The notes beneath the pieces were generated by a model. That model was not told where the DNA came from, did no database searches, and saw nothing but the letters and a program-made list of their open reading frames with translations. Source: Patescibacteria group bacterium (GTDB lineage Bacteria > Patescibacteriota > Microgenomatia > UBA12405). From it: a stretch of 33,885 nt of DNA. The stretch spans positions 1 through 33,885 of the forward strand of contig JAHISL010000066.1 in the NCBI GenBank assembly GCA_018818185.1, in the 5' to 3' direction. Below are positions 21,887-30,952 of the stretch, piece by piece. Within the stretch, counting starts at the first letter, position 1. Each line of letters starts with the position of its first letter. The position numbers and the translations under genes are program-made.

Positions 21887-24800
21887 TTAGTTGTCCTCCT
21901 TTAAAGCTTCAACTTGTGGCTCAGTAATAACTTTATCAATAATTTCTTCCGATGAATCGGAAATTATTTCTTCTTCTACAGCCTTCATCCCAACAGGGGA
22001 AATATCGAGGGCAAGACCAGCAAGTTCCTTTGTCAAAACCTTGAAAGATTCAGGTATGGCAGGTTCTGGAATTGGTTGACCCTTGATAATAGCTTGGAAG
22101 GCATGAGTGCGACCATCAATATCATCAGATTTAATGGTTAACATCTCTTGCAAAATGTGAGCGGCCTGATGAGCTTCGAGGGCCCAAACTTCCATTTCTC
22201 CAAGTCTTTGACCACCCATACGGGCTTTTCCACCAAGAGGCTGTTGAGTGACGAGAGAGTATGGGCCAGTAGAACGGGCATGGACCTTGTCGTCAACCAT
22301 GTGAACAAGTTTTAAAATGTAACCGACACCAACAACAACTTCCTGATCATAGGCATCGCCAGTACGACCATCGTAAAGCTTAGTTTTACCATTTGACTTA
22401 AGACCAGCCTCGGCAAGCTCTTTGGCAATTTGATCTTCACTGTATTTTTCAAAAACAGGAACAGCATATTTTTTGTTGAGTTTGAGACCAGCGGCAGCCA
22501 AGGTAACCTCAAGAATTTGACCCAAATTCATACGAGCAACAACGGAAAGAGGAGACATAACTAGGTCGACAGGAGTACCATCGGCCAAATGAGGCATGTC
22601 ATACTCTGGCATGATACGACAGATAACACCTTTGTTTCCGTGTCGTCCAGCAATTTTGTCGCCTTCTTGAATTCGACGAAGTTGAGCAACGTAAACTTTA
22701 ACAATTTTGTTAACACCAGGATCAAGATCGTCACCTTCATCCTTACCTAGGACTTCGACCTTGATAACGACACCACCTTCACCATTGGGAACACGGAGAG
22801 AAGTATCTTTGACCTCTCGAGCTTTTTCACCGAAAATAGCGCGTAAAAGTCTTTCTTCGGCAGTTAGTTCTTTTTCTCCACGAGGCTCAACCTTTCCAAC
22901 TAAGATGTCGTTTGGACCAACAGTAGCACCGATCATAACGATACCGTCATCAGTAAGTTTGGCTAGTTCAGCTTCGGAAACATTGGGAATATCCTTGGTT
23001 AATTCTTCAGTACCGAGTTTGGTTTCGACAACATCAGCTTTGTATTGAAAAATCTGGATATTAGTCAGAACATCTTGTTTAACCAAACGATCAGAAATTA
23101 AGAAAGAGTCCTCGTAACCTAGACCATCAACAGAAGCATAGGCAACTAAAAGATTGCGACCAATAGAAAGTTCACCTTCGGCAGTAGAGGGACCGTCAAT
23201 AAGAACGTCACCTTTTTTCACTTTGTCACCAAGACCAACTAGGACTCGCTGGTTGTAGCAAGTGCCATAGGGAGAGGTTCTTTCAAATTTAGTAACAGAA
23301 TAAGTTTTATCACCAACAGTAACTGAATCAGCATCAACATTGGTAACTATGCCTGAATTTTCGGATAAAATACAACGATGCATAGCGGTGGCGACAGGGA
23401 CTTCCATGCCAGTACCAACAATAGCTGTCTCAGGTGAAACAAGAGGCACAGCCTGGGTCTGCATGTGAGATCCCATAAGGGCACGAGTAGCATCGTCATG
23501 ATCAACGAAAGGAATTAGGGCTGCAGAGGCACCGACAATTTCGTTAGGAATCATGTCGATAAAAGAAACTTGATCGATAGGACCTTCGGAAAATTCACCC
23601 TGATATCGAATTGGAACCCAGTCTTGTTTAATGACATTATCCTCGATTTTTACACCAAGGTGGGTGATGCGTTGACCATATTCATCTTCAGCATCCATAT
23701 AAAAAACATCATCAGAGAAAATATAGTCTTTACCTTTTTTACTTATTTTTCTGAAAGGAGCTTCAAGGAAACCATATTTATTTACCTGGGCATAGAGGGC
23801 CAAATAGGTAACCAAACCAATGTTTGGACCTTCAGGGGATCTAACGGTACAGATACGACCATATTGTGAAGAGTGAACGTCACGAATAGAGAAAGCGGCT
23901 CTTTCTCGGGTTAGACCACCAACACCGACAACGGTAACGCGTCGAAGAAGGTCAATTTCTGCCAAAGGATTAGTTTGGTCTAAAATTGCGGAAAGCTGAT
24001 TGCTTCGGAAAAAGGTATTTAAAGATGAAATAAGAGGCTGGGGATTAATCATTTGAGAAGGAGTTGGTTTTTCCTTGGTGGAAATCAAGCTCATTCTTTC
24101 TTTGACCATTCTTTCGAAACGGGCCATGGCGGGACGAAGAGCAACTTGGGCGACAATTTCTCCACAACGTCGAAGACGACGATTGGCAAGCGAGTCGATA
24201 TCGTCAAAATGTTTTTCTTCACCCTTTTGAAGTTTAATTAACTGACGAATAGTGGAAATTAGATCTTCTTTTCTGATGACCCAATTTTCTTTGTCTTCGT
24301 CGGAAAATTTAAAGGAGAACTTTTTGTTGATTTTGTAGCGACCAACTTGACCTAATTCGTAGGTATGAAGATCAAAAAAGCGATCGTTGAAAAATTTTTG
24401 AGAATTTTCCAAAACAACCGGTTCGCCGGGTCGAAGTTTTCGATAAAATTCCATGTAGGCTTCTTCTTGAGTTTTGGTAGGGTCGGCAGTGATAGTGGCA
24501 TTGATATAATCTCCGAACTCTCCAACCAATTGTTTGTCAGTAAGGCCACAGGCGGCACGAAGAACGACGGTGGCAGGTACTTTCTTTTTACGGTCGATAC
24601 GGGCAAAAATTACATCTTTTTTTCCAACGAAAAATTCGAGCCAAGAACCACGAATAGGACGAATCTCCGCATTGCAAAGCATTTTGCCAGTAGAAGGATC
24701 AACTTCACCAGTGAAATAAACACCAGGAGAACGAACTAGCTGGTTGATTACCCCCCTTTCAATACCATTGATAATAAAGGTGGCCTCGGGAGTCATGGTG

Positions 24801-25129
24801 GGAAGATTTAGAAGGAAAACATCTTCTTCACGGACTAGGCCGGTTCTTTTGTTGGTTAATTTGGCTTTGGTATAGACAGGAATGGTGTAATTTACACCCT
24901 TATGCTTAGCAACATCTGGAGTCAGGGCAATTTTGTCAAAATAAAGCTCACCGAGCTCTAAAAGCCAGTTATTACCGGTGTAGTCAGAGACGGGAGAGAT
25001 AGCGCGAATAGTTTCTTCGAGGTCAGATTTGAGAAATTTTTCCCAGGATTCTTTTTGGACGTTTAATAAATTTAAAGCAGGAATTTGAGGGTATTTTTTA
25101 CCCCAGTTTGTTCTTTTTGCGGAAGGCAT
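21887..25129 (-). CDS. rpoB: DNA-directed RNA polymerase subunit beta
   Basis: 1080 aa with GRHGNKGVI, a PFVDHDDATRALMG-type block and MVDDKVHARSTGPYSLVTQQPLGGKA. Confidence 0.99.
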   Translation of the reverse strand: MPSAKRTNWGKKYPQIPALNLLNVQKESWEKFLKSDLEETIRAISPVSDYTGNNWLLELGELYFDKIALTPDVAKHKGVNYTIPVYTKAKLTNKRTGLVREEDVFLLNLPTMTPEATFIINGIERGVINQLVRSPGVYFTGEVDPSTGKMLCNAEIRPIRGSWLEFFVGKKDVIFARIDRKKKVPATVVLRAACGLTDKQLVGEFGDYINATITADPTKTQEEAYMEFYRKLRPGEPVVLENSQKFFNDRFFDLHTYELGQVGRYKINKKFSFKFSDEDKENWVIRKEDLISTIRQLIKLQKGEEKHFDDIDSLANRRLRRCGEIVAQVALRPAMARFERMVKERMSLISTKEKPTPSQMINPQPLISSLNTFFRSNQLSAILDQTNPLAEIDLLRRVTVVGVGGLTRERAAFSIRDVHSSQYGRICTVRSPEGPNIGLVTYLALYAQVNKYGFLEAPFRKISKKGKDYIFSDDVFYMDAEDEYGQRITHLGVKIEDNVIKQDWVPIRYQGEFSEGPIDQVSFIDMIPNEIVGASAALIPFVDHDDATRALMGSHMQTQAVPLVSPETAIVGTGMEVPVATAMHRCILSENSGIVTNVDADSVTVGDKTYSVTKFERTSPYGTCYNQRVLVGLGDKVKKGDVLIDGPSTAEGELSIGRNLLVAYASVDGLGYEDSFLISDRLVKQDVLTNIQIFQYKADVVETKLGTEELTKDIPNVSEAELAKLTDDGIVMIGATVGPNDILVGKVEPRGEKELTAEERLLRAIFGEKAREVKDTSLRVPNGEGGVVIKVEVLGKDEGDDLDPGVNKIVKVYVAQLRRIQEGDKIAGRHGNKGVICRIMPEYDMPHLADGTPVDLVMSPLSVVARMNLGQILEVTLAAAGLKLNKKYAVPVFEKYSEDQIAKELAEAGLKSNGKTKLYDGRTGDAYDQEVVVGVGYILKLVHMVDDKVHARSTGPYSLVTQQPLGGKARMGGQRLGEMEVWALEAHQAAHILQEMLTIKSDDIDGRTHAFQAIIKGQPIPEPAIPESFKVLTKELAGLALDISPVGMKAVEEEIISDSSEEIIDKVITEPQVEALKEDN

Positions 25130-25193
25130 CGATAAATTTAAAATTATAAGGATCTAAGACGAGTTATGTACCAACCGCTCGCCGAATGTGGGA

Positions 25194-25222
25194 ATTATAT
25201 ACTCATGGCTTACGCATGACAA
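25194..25222 (-). promoter_or_regulatory. Candidate sigma70-type promoter of rpoBC
   Basis: On the minus strand: TTGTCA (25222-25217), a 17-nt spacer, then TATAAT (25199-25194). This leaves a leader of ~60 nt to ATG 25129. Confidence 0.6.
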
Positions 25223-25241
25223 GGGGTAAGTTTTTCTGGAT

Positions 25242-26123
25242 TTATTCAGTGCAGCTAAATTCTTTTGGAAAACTGTATTTTAACAGGAGAGAACATTTTG
25301 GGGGTTCTTGACCACCGGTAACAATTTGCCAGGTTCCGTTGATTTTAGCGGCCCAATAGATCGCACCACCACCGGTAGTGTAACTGAAGGCGACAGAGGC
25401 AAAATTCCCAACTATTTTTGACTGACCAATGATGACACCATCCGATTCTTTAGTTGACTCGGAAGAAGCCGTAGATTTGACAAGATTTACGAGTTCGGAA
25501 GGTAGATCACCAGTGTAGTTAAAGCTAAAGGTGGAGAGAATTTGATTGATAGTTGACTGAATGGCTTTCTTGTCTATGTTATCACTAGGATAATACACAT
25601 TAGAAATAATTTGATAATAACTTTCACCTAATTTAAAAACTATGATGTTTGCGTTATTCATACCTCCTTGTTCATATTGGTAAGCAGTTTGATTGTCGAT
25701 AGTAATTTTATTAATTGTGTTGGGATGCGTAAAGTTATCTTGATCATTAATAAAATCTTCTAAGGAAGAGTATTTTTTTTCAATTTCATTATTTTTTCCA
25801 ATAAAAATATCGTCTGGTATTTCTGACTGCGGATTAGCTTGATCTTTTTTTGTTTTAGGTGAATTGAGAGAGATATACCTTTCAGTGGATGGTGAAATTG
25901 ACCAGTCATTCGGGTATTTAAATTCGAATAAATTGTTATTGAATGTTTTCCAGTCGGCGGTAGAAGCAATGATGGGGACAGCGGTAGGTTCGATTGTGGG
26001 AACTGTATTTGTGATTTGGGTGGCGGCGGTTGGTGGTTTTATGAAGTTTAAATAAAGAAGAACGAGAGTTGAGGTAAAGAAAATGGCCAGAAGAATGACA
26101 AGGGCAAGGGTTGATTTTTTCAC
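25242..26123 (-). CDS. Secreted or membrane-anchored protein (293 aa), paralogous C-terminal domain with the upstream gene
   Basis: GTG start with an N-terminal signal/anchor KKSTLALVILLAIFFTSTLVLLY. The domain begins FEFKYPNDW and ends INQILSTFSF, matching FSFSYPTDL ... VDQILSTFKL of the 367-aa protein. Confidence 0.7.
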   Translation of the reverse strand: MKKSTLALVILLAIFFTSTLVLLYLNFIKPPTAATQITNTVPTIEPTAVPIIASTADWKTFNNNLFEFKYPNDWSISPSTERYISLNSPKTKKDQANPQSEIPDDIFIGKNNEIEKKYSSLEDFINDQDNFTHPNTINKITIDNQTAYQYEQGGMNNANIIVFKLGESYYQIISNVYYPSDNIDKKAIQSTINQILSTFSFNYTGDLPSELVNLVKSTASSESTKESDGVIIGQSKIVGNFASVAFSYTTGGGAIYWAAKINGTWQIVTGGQEPPKCSLLLKYSFPKEFSCTE

Positions 26124-26126
26124 AGG

Positions 26127-27230
26127 TTATTGAAGTTTAAAGGTAGAGAGAATTTGATCAACTATTTTGTCACTGGTATCCAGACTTTTTGATGATCTAA
26201 CCATGATAAGAAGGTTTAGATCCTTTTTTATTTCACCACTGTATATGTAAACATCTTTGGTTTTGTCAAAATTTTCATCAGGTGTATTTGTGGCTTTGAT
26301 TGTGGAAGTTAAACCTTTGCCGGCTTGGTAAGCAAGATCATAATCTTTGTTGGAAAATATTGGACCAAAACCATCCGGATATACCGTACCCACCGTTAAA
26401 GTTAATAAAAAAGTTTTGTCCTCATTTTCAAGGGAAAGATTCTCGTGGATAGTAGTCGTCGTAAGTTGTTTTGGTAGTGAATCAACTAAAGTTAAGTCAG
26501 TAGGGTAAGAAAAGGAAAAATTAAAGACAGGATTTGAATAGTTTTTAATACTGGCAGAATTAGAGGCGTCACAGGCCATTTCGGTACAAGAAATGGTTAG
26601 GTCAGAATTACAAGTGCAGGTATTGCAACCATCGGTAGCAGTAAAGCTTTGATTAACCGCATATTTTTGATCGTTAATCTCACAAAAAGCATATGATGGA
26701 GGGAGGGAGGGTGAAACATCAACTACTGGCGTGTTGGAATCGGACAAGGGAAGAGATTTTTGGGAATTTACAAGAGATAAAACTATGGAAACAAGAACTC
26801 CGACAAAAATTAAAAGTGAAAAAAAGAAGAGATACTTAAAAAAATTGTTGTTTTTGGGAACTGAAGTAAGAGAAGGTGTTTCATCATCTAGGGGGACGTC
26901 GAACTTGACTTCATAATTTGATGGTGAAACAGGAGGAAGATCTGGAAGTGGTTGAGTGTCTGAATTGGCCTCAATTTTTAGCTCAGGGTCAACATCTTGA
27001 AGCATAACTGGAGGGGTTTCGGGTACTGTAGGTGTTTCGACGGCTTCGGGCGCAGGAACTGTTGGTTCTGGATTTGTTGGTAGGGGTTCTTTTGGGAAAT
27101 CCTCTGTTTTTTCTACTGGAACGGGACTGGCTTGAGGTTCGGAATCTATGGGAGCTTCAGTTGAAGCTAAACTAGCGGCGTATTTATCCAAGATGTCTTG
27201 GTAATTTGGTTCCGGAGTTGTATCTGGCAT
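26127..27230 (-). CDS. Type-II membrane protein (367 aa): Pro-rich cytoplasmic N-terminus, TM, six-Cys module, conserved C-terminal domain
   Basis: The TM segment is FFKYLFFFSLLIFVGVLVSIVLSLV. The six-Cys module is CEINDQKYAVNQSFTATDGCNTCTCNSDLTISCTEMAC (26571-26684). The C-terminal domain is shared with the 293-aa neighbour. Confidence 0.7.
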   Translation of the reverse strand: MPDTTPEPNYQDILDKYAASLASTEAPIDSEPQASPVPVEKTEDFPKEPLPTNPEPTVPAPEAVETPTVPETPPVMLQDVDPELKIEANSDTQPLPDLPPVSPSNYEVKFDVPLDDETPSLTSVPKNNNFFKYLFFFSLLIFVGVLVSIVLSLVNSQKSLPLSDSNTPVVDVSPSLPPSYAFCEINDQKYAVNQSFTATDGCNTCTCNSDLTISCTEMACDASNSASIKNYSNPVFNFSFSYPTDLTLVDSLPKQLTTTTIHENLSLENEDKTFLLTLTVGTVYPDGFGPIFSNKDYDLAYQAGKGLTSTIKATNTPDENFDKTKDVYIYSGEIKKDLNLLIMVRSSKSLDTSDKIVDQILSTFKLQ

Positions 27231-27286
27231 GAAATAATATTCTCATTTTTCGGGATAAGGTGCAACTATGTTATATTTATTCGCAA

Positions 27287-28378
27287 GTGAAGAATATATA
27301 TATCAAAACTTTTGGTTGTGCTCAAAACGAATCTGATTCGGAGAGGGTCAAGGCATTTTATGCGGAAAAGGGGGATGTTTTTGTTGATAGCTGGAAAGAA
27401 GCTGATATAGTAATTATCAATAGTTGTGTAATTAGAGAATCGGCAGAAAATAGGGTCTATGGATTAATTGATAACATAAAGAAATTTGACCCAAAGATAG
27501 AAATAATTTTGACAGGATGTTTGGTACCAATCTCCAAAAACAAGATTAAGGGGGTAGATAAAATGCTACCAATAAAAGAAATTAGCTTTGAGCTGGAACC
27601 GCTAAGAGATAAAACTAGAGCAGCGTTGATAACTATCAGTTCGGGATGTAACAACTATTGTTCTTATTGCATTGTCCCCTATTCTAGGGGACAAGAAGTA
27701 TCTCGAAAAATGGAAGAAATTTTGAAAGAAGTTGATAGAGCAATGGAAAAAGGGTTTGAAGAGATAGTTTTAATTGGACAAAATGTGAACTCATATGGAG
27801 CTGATTTAAATCCCTCAAAACCCACCCCTAACCCCTCCCTTGACAAGGAGGGGAGGACAGAAATGGATAAATTAAGCTCTGTTTCAATGGGAAAGAGACG
27901 ATTTCATAGTTTATTTCCAAAATTATTAGAAGAAGTGGCGAAAAAAGGACTTAAAAAGGTGTCATTCCTGAGTAGCAATCCTTGGGATTTTTCTGAAGAA
28001 TTGATTGAAACGATAGCTAAATATCCGAATGTTGATAGATTGTTGCACCTCCCTTTTCAGGCCGGAGATAATGAAATTTTAAAGAAAATGAACAGAGGTT
28101 ATACCAGACAAGAATATTTGGATTTGGTAAAAAGAATTAGAAAAAAAGTGCCAGAGGTTCGATTTTCGACAGATATTATTATTGGGTTTCCAGGAGAAGA
28201 TGAGGCGGCGTTTGAAAAGACGGTTGAGGTTTGCAAAGAAGTTGGTTTTGAGATTGCTTATATTAATAAATATTCACCTCGAAGAGGAACTGTGTCGGCA
28301 ACATTGTATCAAGATGAAATACTAATGAAGGAAAAAAAGAGAAGGTGGAAAATCTTGAACAGACTTGTTAATGAATGA
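27287..28378 (+). CDS. MiaB/RimO-family radical-SAM methylthiotransferase lacking a TRAM domain
   Basis: IYIKTFGCAQNESDSE (UPF0004 N-domain), the radical-SAM cluster CNNYCSYC, GQNVNSYG and IIGFPGE. The protein ends ~35 aa after the radical-SAM core. The track start is GTG 27260; GTG 27287 (MKNIYIKTFGC) fits family N-termini better. Confidence 0.8.
   Translation: MKNIYIKTFGCAQNESDSERVKAFYAEKGDVFVDSWKEADIVIINSCVIRESAENRVYGLIDNIKKFDPKIEIILTGCLVPISKNKIKGVDKMLPIKEISFELEPLRDKTRAALITISSGCNNYCSYCIVPYSRGQEVSRKMEEILKEVDRAMEKGFEEIVLIGQNVNSYGADLNPSKPTPNPSLDKEGRTEMDKLSSVSMGKRRFHSLFPKLLEEVAKKGLKKVSFLSSNPWDFSEELIETIAKYPNVDRLLHLPFQAGDNEILKKMNRGYTRQEYLDLVKRIRKKVPEVRFSTDIIIGFPGEDEAAFEKTVEVCKEVGFEIAYINKYSPRRGTVSATLYQDEILMKEKKRRWKILNRLVNE
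27818..27856 (+). repeat. GC-rich palindromic mini-element, copy 2, in frame inside the methylthiotransferase CDS
   Basis: AAACCCACCCCTAA CCCCTCCCTTGA CAAGGAGGGGAGG, where the arm CCCCTCC pairs with GGAGGGG. It encodes KPTPNPSLDKEGR within an insertion after GQNVNSYG. Confidence 0.6.
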
Positions 28379-28386
28379 GAAACCGG

Positions 28387-28659
28387 TTATTCTCTTTTTG
28401 TATTCGGACAGGCTTGGTTAGTGACCTCACAAACATTTGAGGAATTACCACGATACTCGGGACAGGAATAGGCAGCGATAGTACTGATGGTTAAAAATTT
28501 TTCATAGAGACTTTTATATTCCGGGGTGACACTGATACTTACCCGACGAGTGGCAATAGGCATACAAACAAAATGATCGTTGAAATCTTTGTGGGATGAT
28601 GGGTTAACTTGAGTTAAGATATCAGTTATTTTTTGGGGTAATTCTGTATTTCCAGACAT
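28387..28659 (-). CDS. Hypothetical 90-aa protein (4 Cys)
   Basis: An ORF convergent with the methylthiotransferase. TGTTATAAT (minus strand, 28674-28666) lies 6 nt before the ATG. No family was recognised. Confidence 0.45.
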   Translation of the reverse strand: MSGNTELPQKITDILTQVNPSSHKDFNDHFVCMPIATRRVSISVTPEYKSLYEKFLTISTIAAYSCPEYRGNSSNVCEVTNQACPNTKRE

Positions 28660-28718
28660 GTATGAATTATAACATGTTTATAAAAATATGTCCTTTTAAA
28701 AGATAGGTGCAGTGTGTT

Positions 28719-29642
28719 TTATCTGAGATATTTGGCAACGTTGGCGTTGTGTTCAGCCAAACTGGTAGCGTAGTGAATTTGACCACTGCTGTCGTTTAGG
28801 TAGTAAAGATAGTTACTAGAAGAGGGGTGGTACGAGGCAAAAAGGGAATCGAAACCGGGATTACAAATTGGAGAGGGTGGAAGGCCGCTATTTTTATAGG
28901 TATTGTAGGAAGAATTAATAGACAAATCTGATTTGGTAATTGGTTGCCAATAGATTTCTGGTTCATGAAGAGTGTCTTTGGCATACTGGACGGAGGCGTC
29001 AAGCTGAAGAGGCATTTTATTGTTTAAACGATTTAGGATTATGCCGGCAATTATTTTTTTGTCTGACAAGGTTTTGGCCTCACGTTCGAGGAGGGAGGCA
29101 AGAATTAAATTTTGAGAATCACTAAGACGACTAGTTGAGTTTTCCTTGGCTTGGGCCAATTTTGTTTCATAATTTGTCAAAACTATGTCAATAATTTGGG
29201 AGGTGGAATAGTTTTCAGGAATAAGATAGCTGTCAGGAAAAAGCTGGCCCTCTAGATCTTTGGCGGCAACAGAAAAATCGTCGTCGGGGGAAAACTGTTC
29301 GAGACGTTGACCGGGAATAATTTTGAACCAATAATCAGTACTACCGCCAGTGGCAAGTTTTTTGATAAGATCGGGTAATTTTTGAGAAGTAGTTAGGTAA
29401 AATGTACCGGCCTGAAGTTTGTTATTTAGTCCCAACAAATAGGAATATAGGTAAAAGGAGTATTTGTTGTTGATAAAATTATATTTTTGGAGACGATTGC
29501 CGATAGTAAGAAGTTCTTCACCCTGATTGATAACAAAAACTTTTTTAGTGGTATCTGTTGAGGGTGGCCGCAAAGAAATGGCAAACAAGGCGATAAAAAA
29601 TGTTATGAGAAAGAGAGGAACAATGAGAAAATACTTTTTCAT
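28719..29642 (-). CDS. mltG: Endolytic murein transglycosylase MltG (YceG-like)
   Basis: N-terminal TM segment, ILASLLEREAK (catalytic Glu motif) and SSYNTYKNSGLPPSPICNPG. The track start at 29645 is a TTG. The ATG at 29642 shares its A with the upstream TGA, giving UGAUG coupling. Confidence 0.9.
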   Translation of the reverse strand: MKKYFLIVPLFLITFFIALFAISLRPPSTDTTKKVFVINQGEELLTIGNRLQKYNFINNKYSFYLYSYLLGLNNKLQAGTFYLTTSQKLPDLIKKLATGGSTDYWFKIIPGQRLEQFSPDDDFSVAAKDLEGQLFPDSYLIPENYSTSQIIDIVLTNYETKLAQAKENSTSRLSDSQNLILASLLEREAKTLSDKKIIAGIILNRLNNKMPLQLDASVQYAKDTLHEPEIYWQPITKSDLSINSSYNTYKNSGLPPSPICNPGFDSLFASYHPSSSNYLYYLNDSSGQIHYATSLAEHNANVAKYLR

Positions 29643-29839
29643 CAAATTTCGTTAAATAGAGCCCGACGATAGGTGTGGGACTTAGAATCTTGGATAAAGA
29701 TACGACCACAACGACAGGTAACAGTTGTTTGGCCGCGAACTATTTTTCGAGAACCCTTTGAGAGCTCTTCGCCACAGCCAACACAACGACCTTGAGATAA
29801 TAACCATGCCTGGATAGGAGAAATTAGACTTTTAAACAT
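29642..29839 (-). CDS. Small 4-Cys zinc-ribbon protein (65 aa)
   Basis: CVGC...CRC spacing (CxxC-x18-CxC). It is translationally coupled to mltG and lies between ruvX and mltG. Confidence 0.55.
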   Translation of the reverse strand: MFKSLISPIQAWLLSQGRCVGCGEELSKGSRKIVRGQTTVTCRCGRIFIQDSKSHTYRRALFNEI

Positions 29840-29847
29840 ATTTTTAT

Positions 29848-30219
29848 TTAACCAATAACTCGGTTAAGAATAACAGCGGCGGCGATAGAGTCGATTTCTT
29901 TTCTGTAAGCCTTGGTATTTTTTTTATTTTTCTGAAAAATACTGTTGGCCTCGATTGTACTAAGCGACTCCTCGACTGTTTCGATTGGTAATTTTACCAT
30001 GGTAGAAAGATGAGAAACAAATGCTTTGGTCAGGTCGGCGATTTTGCCTTCGCAGAGGCCAACATAGATTTTTTCGATACGGTTTTCTGAGATAATATCT
30101 GAGAGTTTTTCAAAAAACTTTTCATTGTTTTCTACCATAGGTAGGGTAAAAATTATGTCATTTATTGAATAGGCCAAGCCAATTCTTTTGGTGCCAAAGT
30201 CAATAGCAAGATAGTTCAT
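29848..30219 (-). CDS. ruvX: Putative pre-16S rRNA nuclease / Holliday-junction-resolvase-like protein YqgF
   Basis: MNYLAIDFGTKRIGLAYS N-terminus and C-terminal DSIAAAVIL; 123 aa. It overlaps the sortase stop in an ATGA arrangement. Confidence 0.85.
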   Translation of the reverse strand: MNYLAIDFGTKRIGLAYSINDIIFTLPMVENNEKFFEKLSDIISENRIEKIYVGLCEGKIADLTKAFVSHLSTMVKLPIETVEESLSTIEANSIFQKNKKNTKAYRKEIDSIAAAVILNRVIG

Positions 30220-30950
30220 GTGTTGTCGGTAAGTTGAGCCTTAATAATTAAGCGGCGAAGATAGGTTCCCGGAGGAGAGCAGGTGACCAGGGTTAGATAA
30301 CGACCGTCAAAACGCTGTTCAAGAACAGAAAGGTCGGTAGGTTGAACTTCGTACATTTCCTCGACAAGATATTTGTAACGAATGTGATCAAAATCAACAT
30401 AGATAGCGTCACCTTGTTTCAATTTATATAAAGTAGAAAAAATAGTGTGGTATGACTTGGGGTTAAAGAATTGAGGCAAAACAGAATGGCCAAAGATGAC
30501 AGGACTACCAAATTGCCCGGGAAGAGCCGTTTGGGGATATTGAATTAAACTTTTCTTTAAATCAGAACTACCAACAATGACAAGAGCTTGGTCAACTTTG
30601 AGTTTGGGAATGGAGATGTAGTAATTAGACGAGCTTGGGGAAATCAAGGAGGATGTGACGGTAGTACCGGCGCCACTAACAAACCAATTTGAAAGTTGAG
30701 TGTAATCAGTGTCTAGGTCACCGAGAACAGAACTGGAATGGTTATAGAATTGGGGAGAAAGCGGATTAAGAACTTTGCTAAATTTATCGGAATATTCGAG
30801 CTGGAACTGAATAATCGGGACAATGACAGATAAAAATAGAATTAGGCCTAAGGTTAAAAATGACAGGGCAAATATCTTTTTTTTACGTAGAGACAGGCGT
30901 TTTCTTGGCACAACAGATCTGGGCTCTGATTTAACATATAAATAACTCAT
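30216..30950 (-). CDS. Sortase-family transpeptidase
   Basis: An N-terminal TM segment, IFGHS (catalytic His), LTLVTCSP (TLxTC Cys motif) and RRLIIKA (Arg). Confidence 0.85.
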   Translation of the reverse strand: MSYLYVKSEPRSVVPRKRLSLRKKKIFALSFLTLGLILFLSVIVPIIQFQLEYSDKFSKVLNPLSPQFYNHSSSVLGDLDTDYTQLSNWFVSGAGTTVTSSLISPSSSNYYISIPKLKVDQALVIVGSSDLKKSLIQYPQTALPGQFGSPVIFGHSVLPQFFNPKSYHTIFSTLYKLKQGDAIYVDFDHIRYKYLVEEMYEVQPTDLSVLEQRFDGRYLTLVTCSPPGTYLRRLIIKAQLTDNT

Positions 30951-30952
30951 GG

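Noticed and set aside
18471-24739. Many short ORFs inside or antisense to rpoC and rpoB
   Set aside because: They are nested in two universally conserved genes and have no independent signals.
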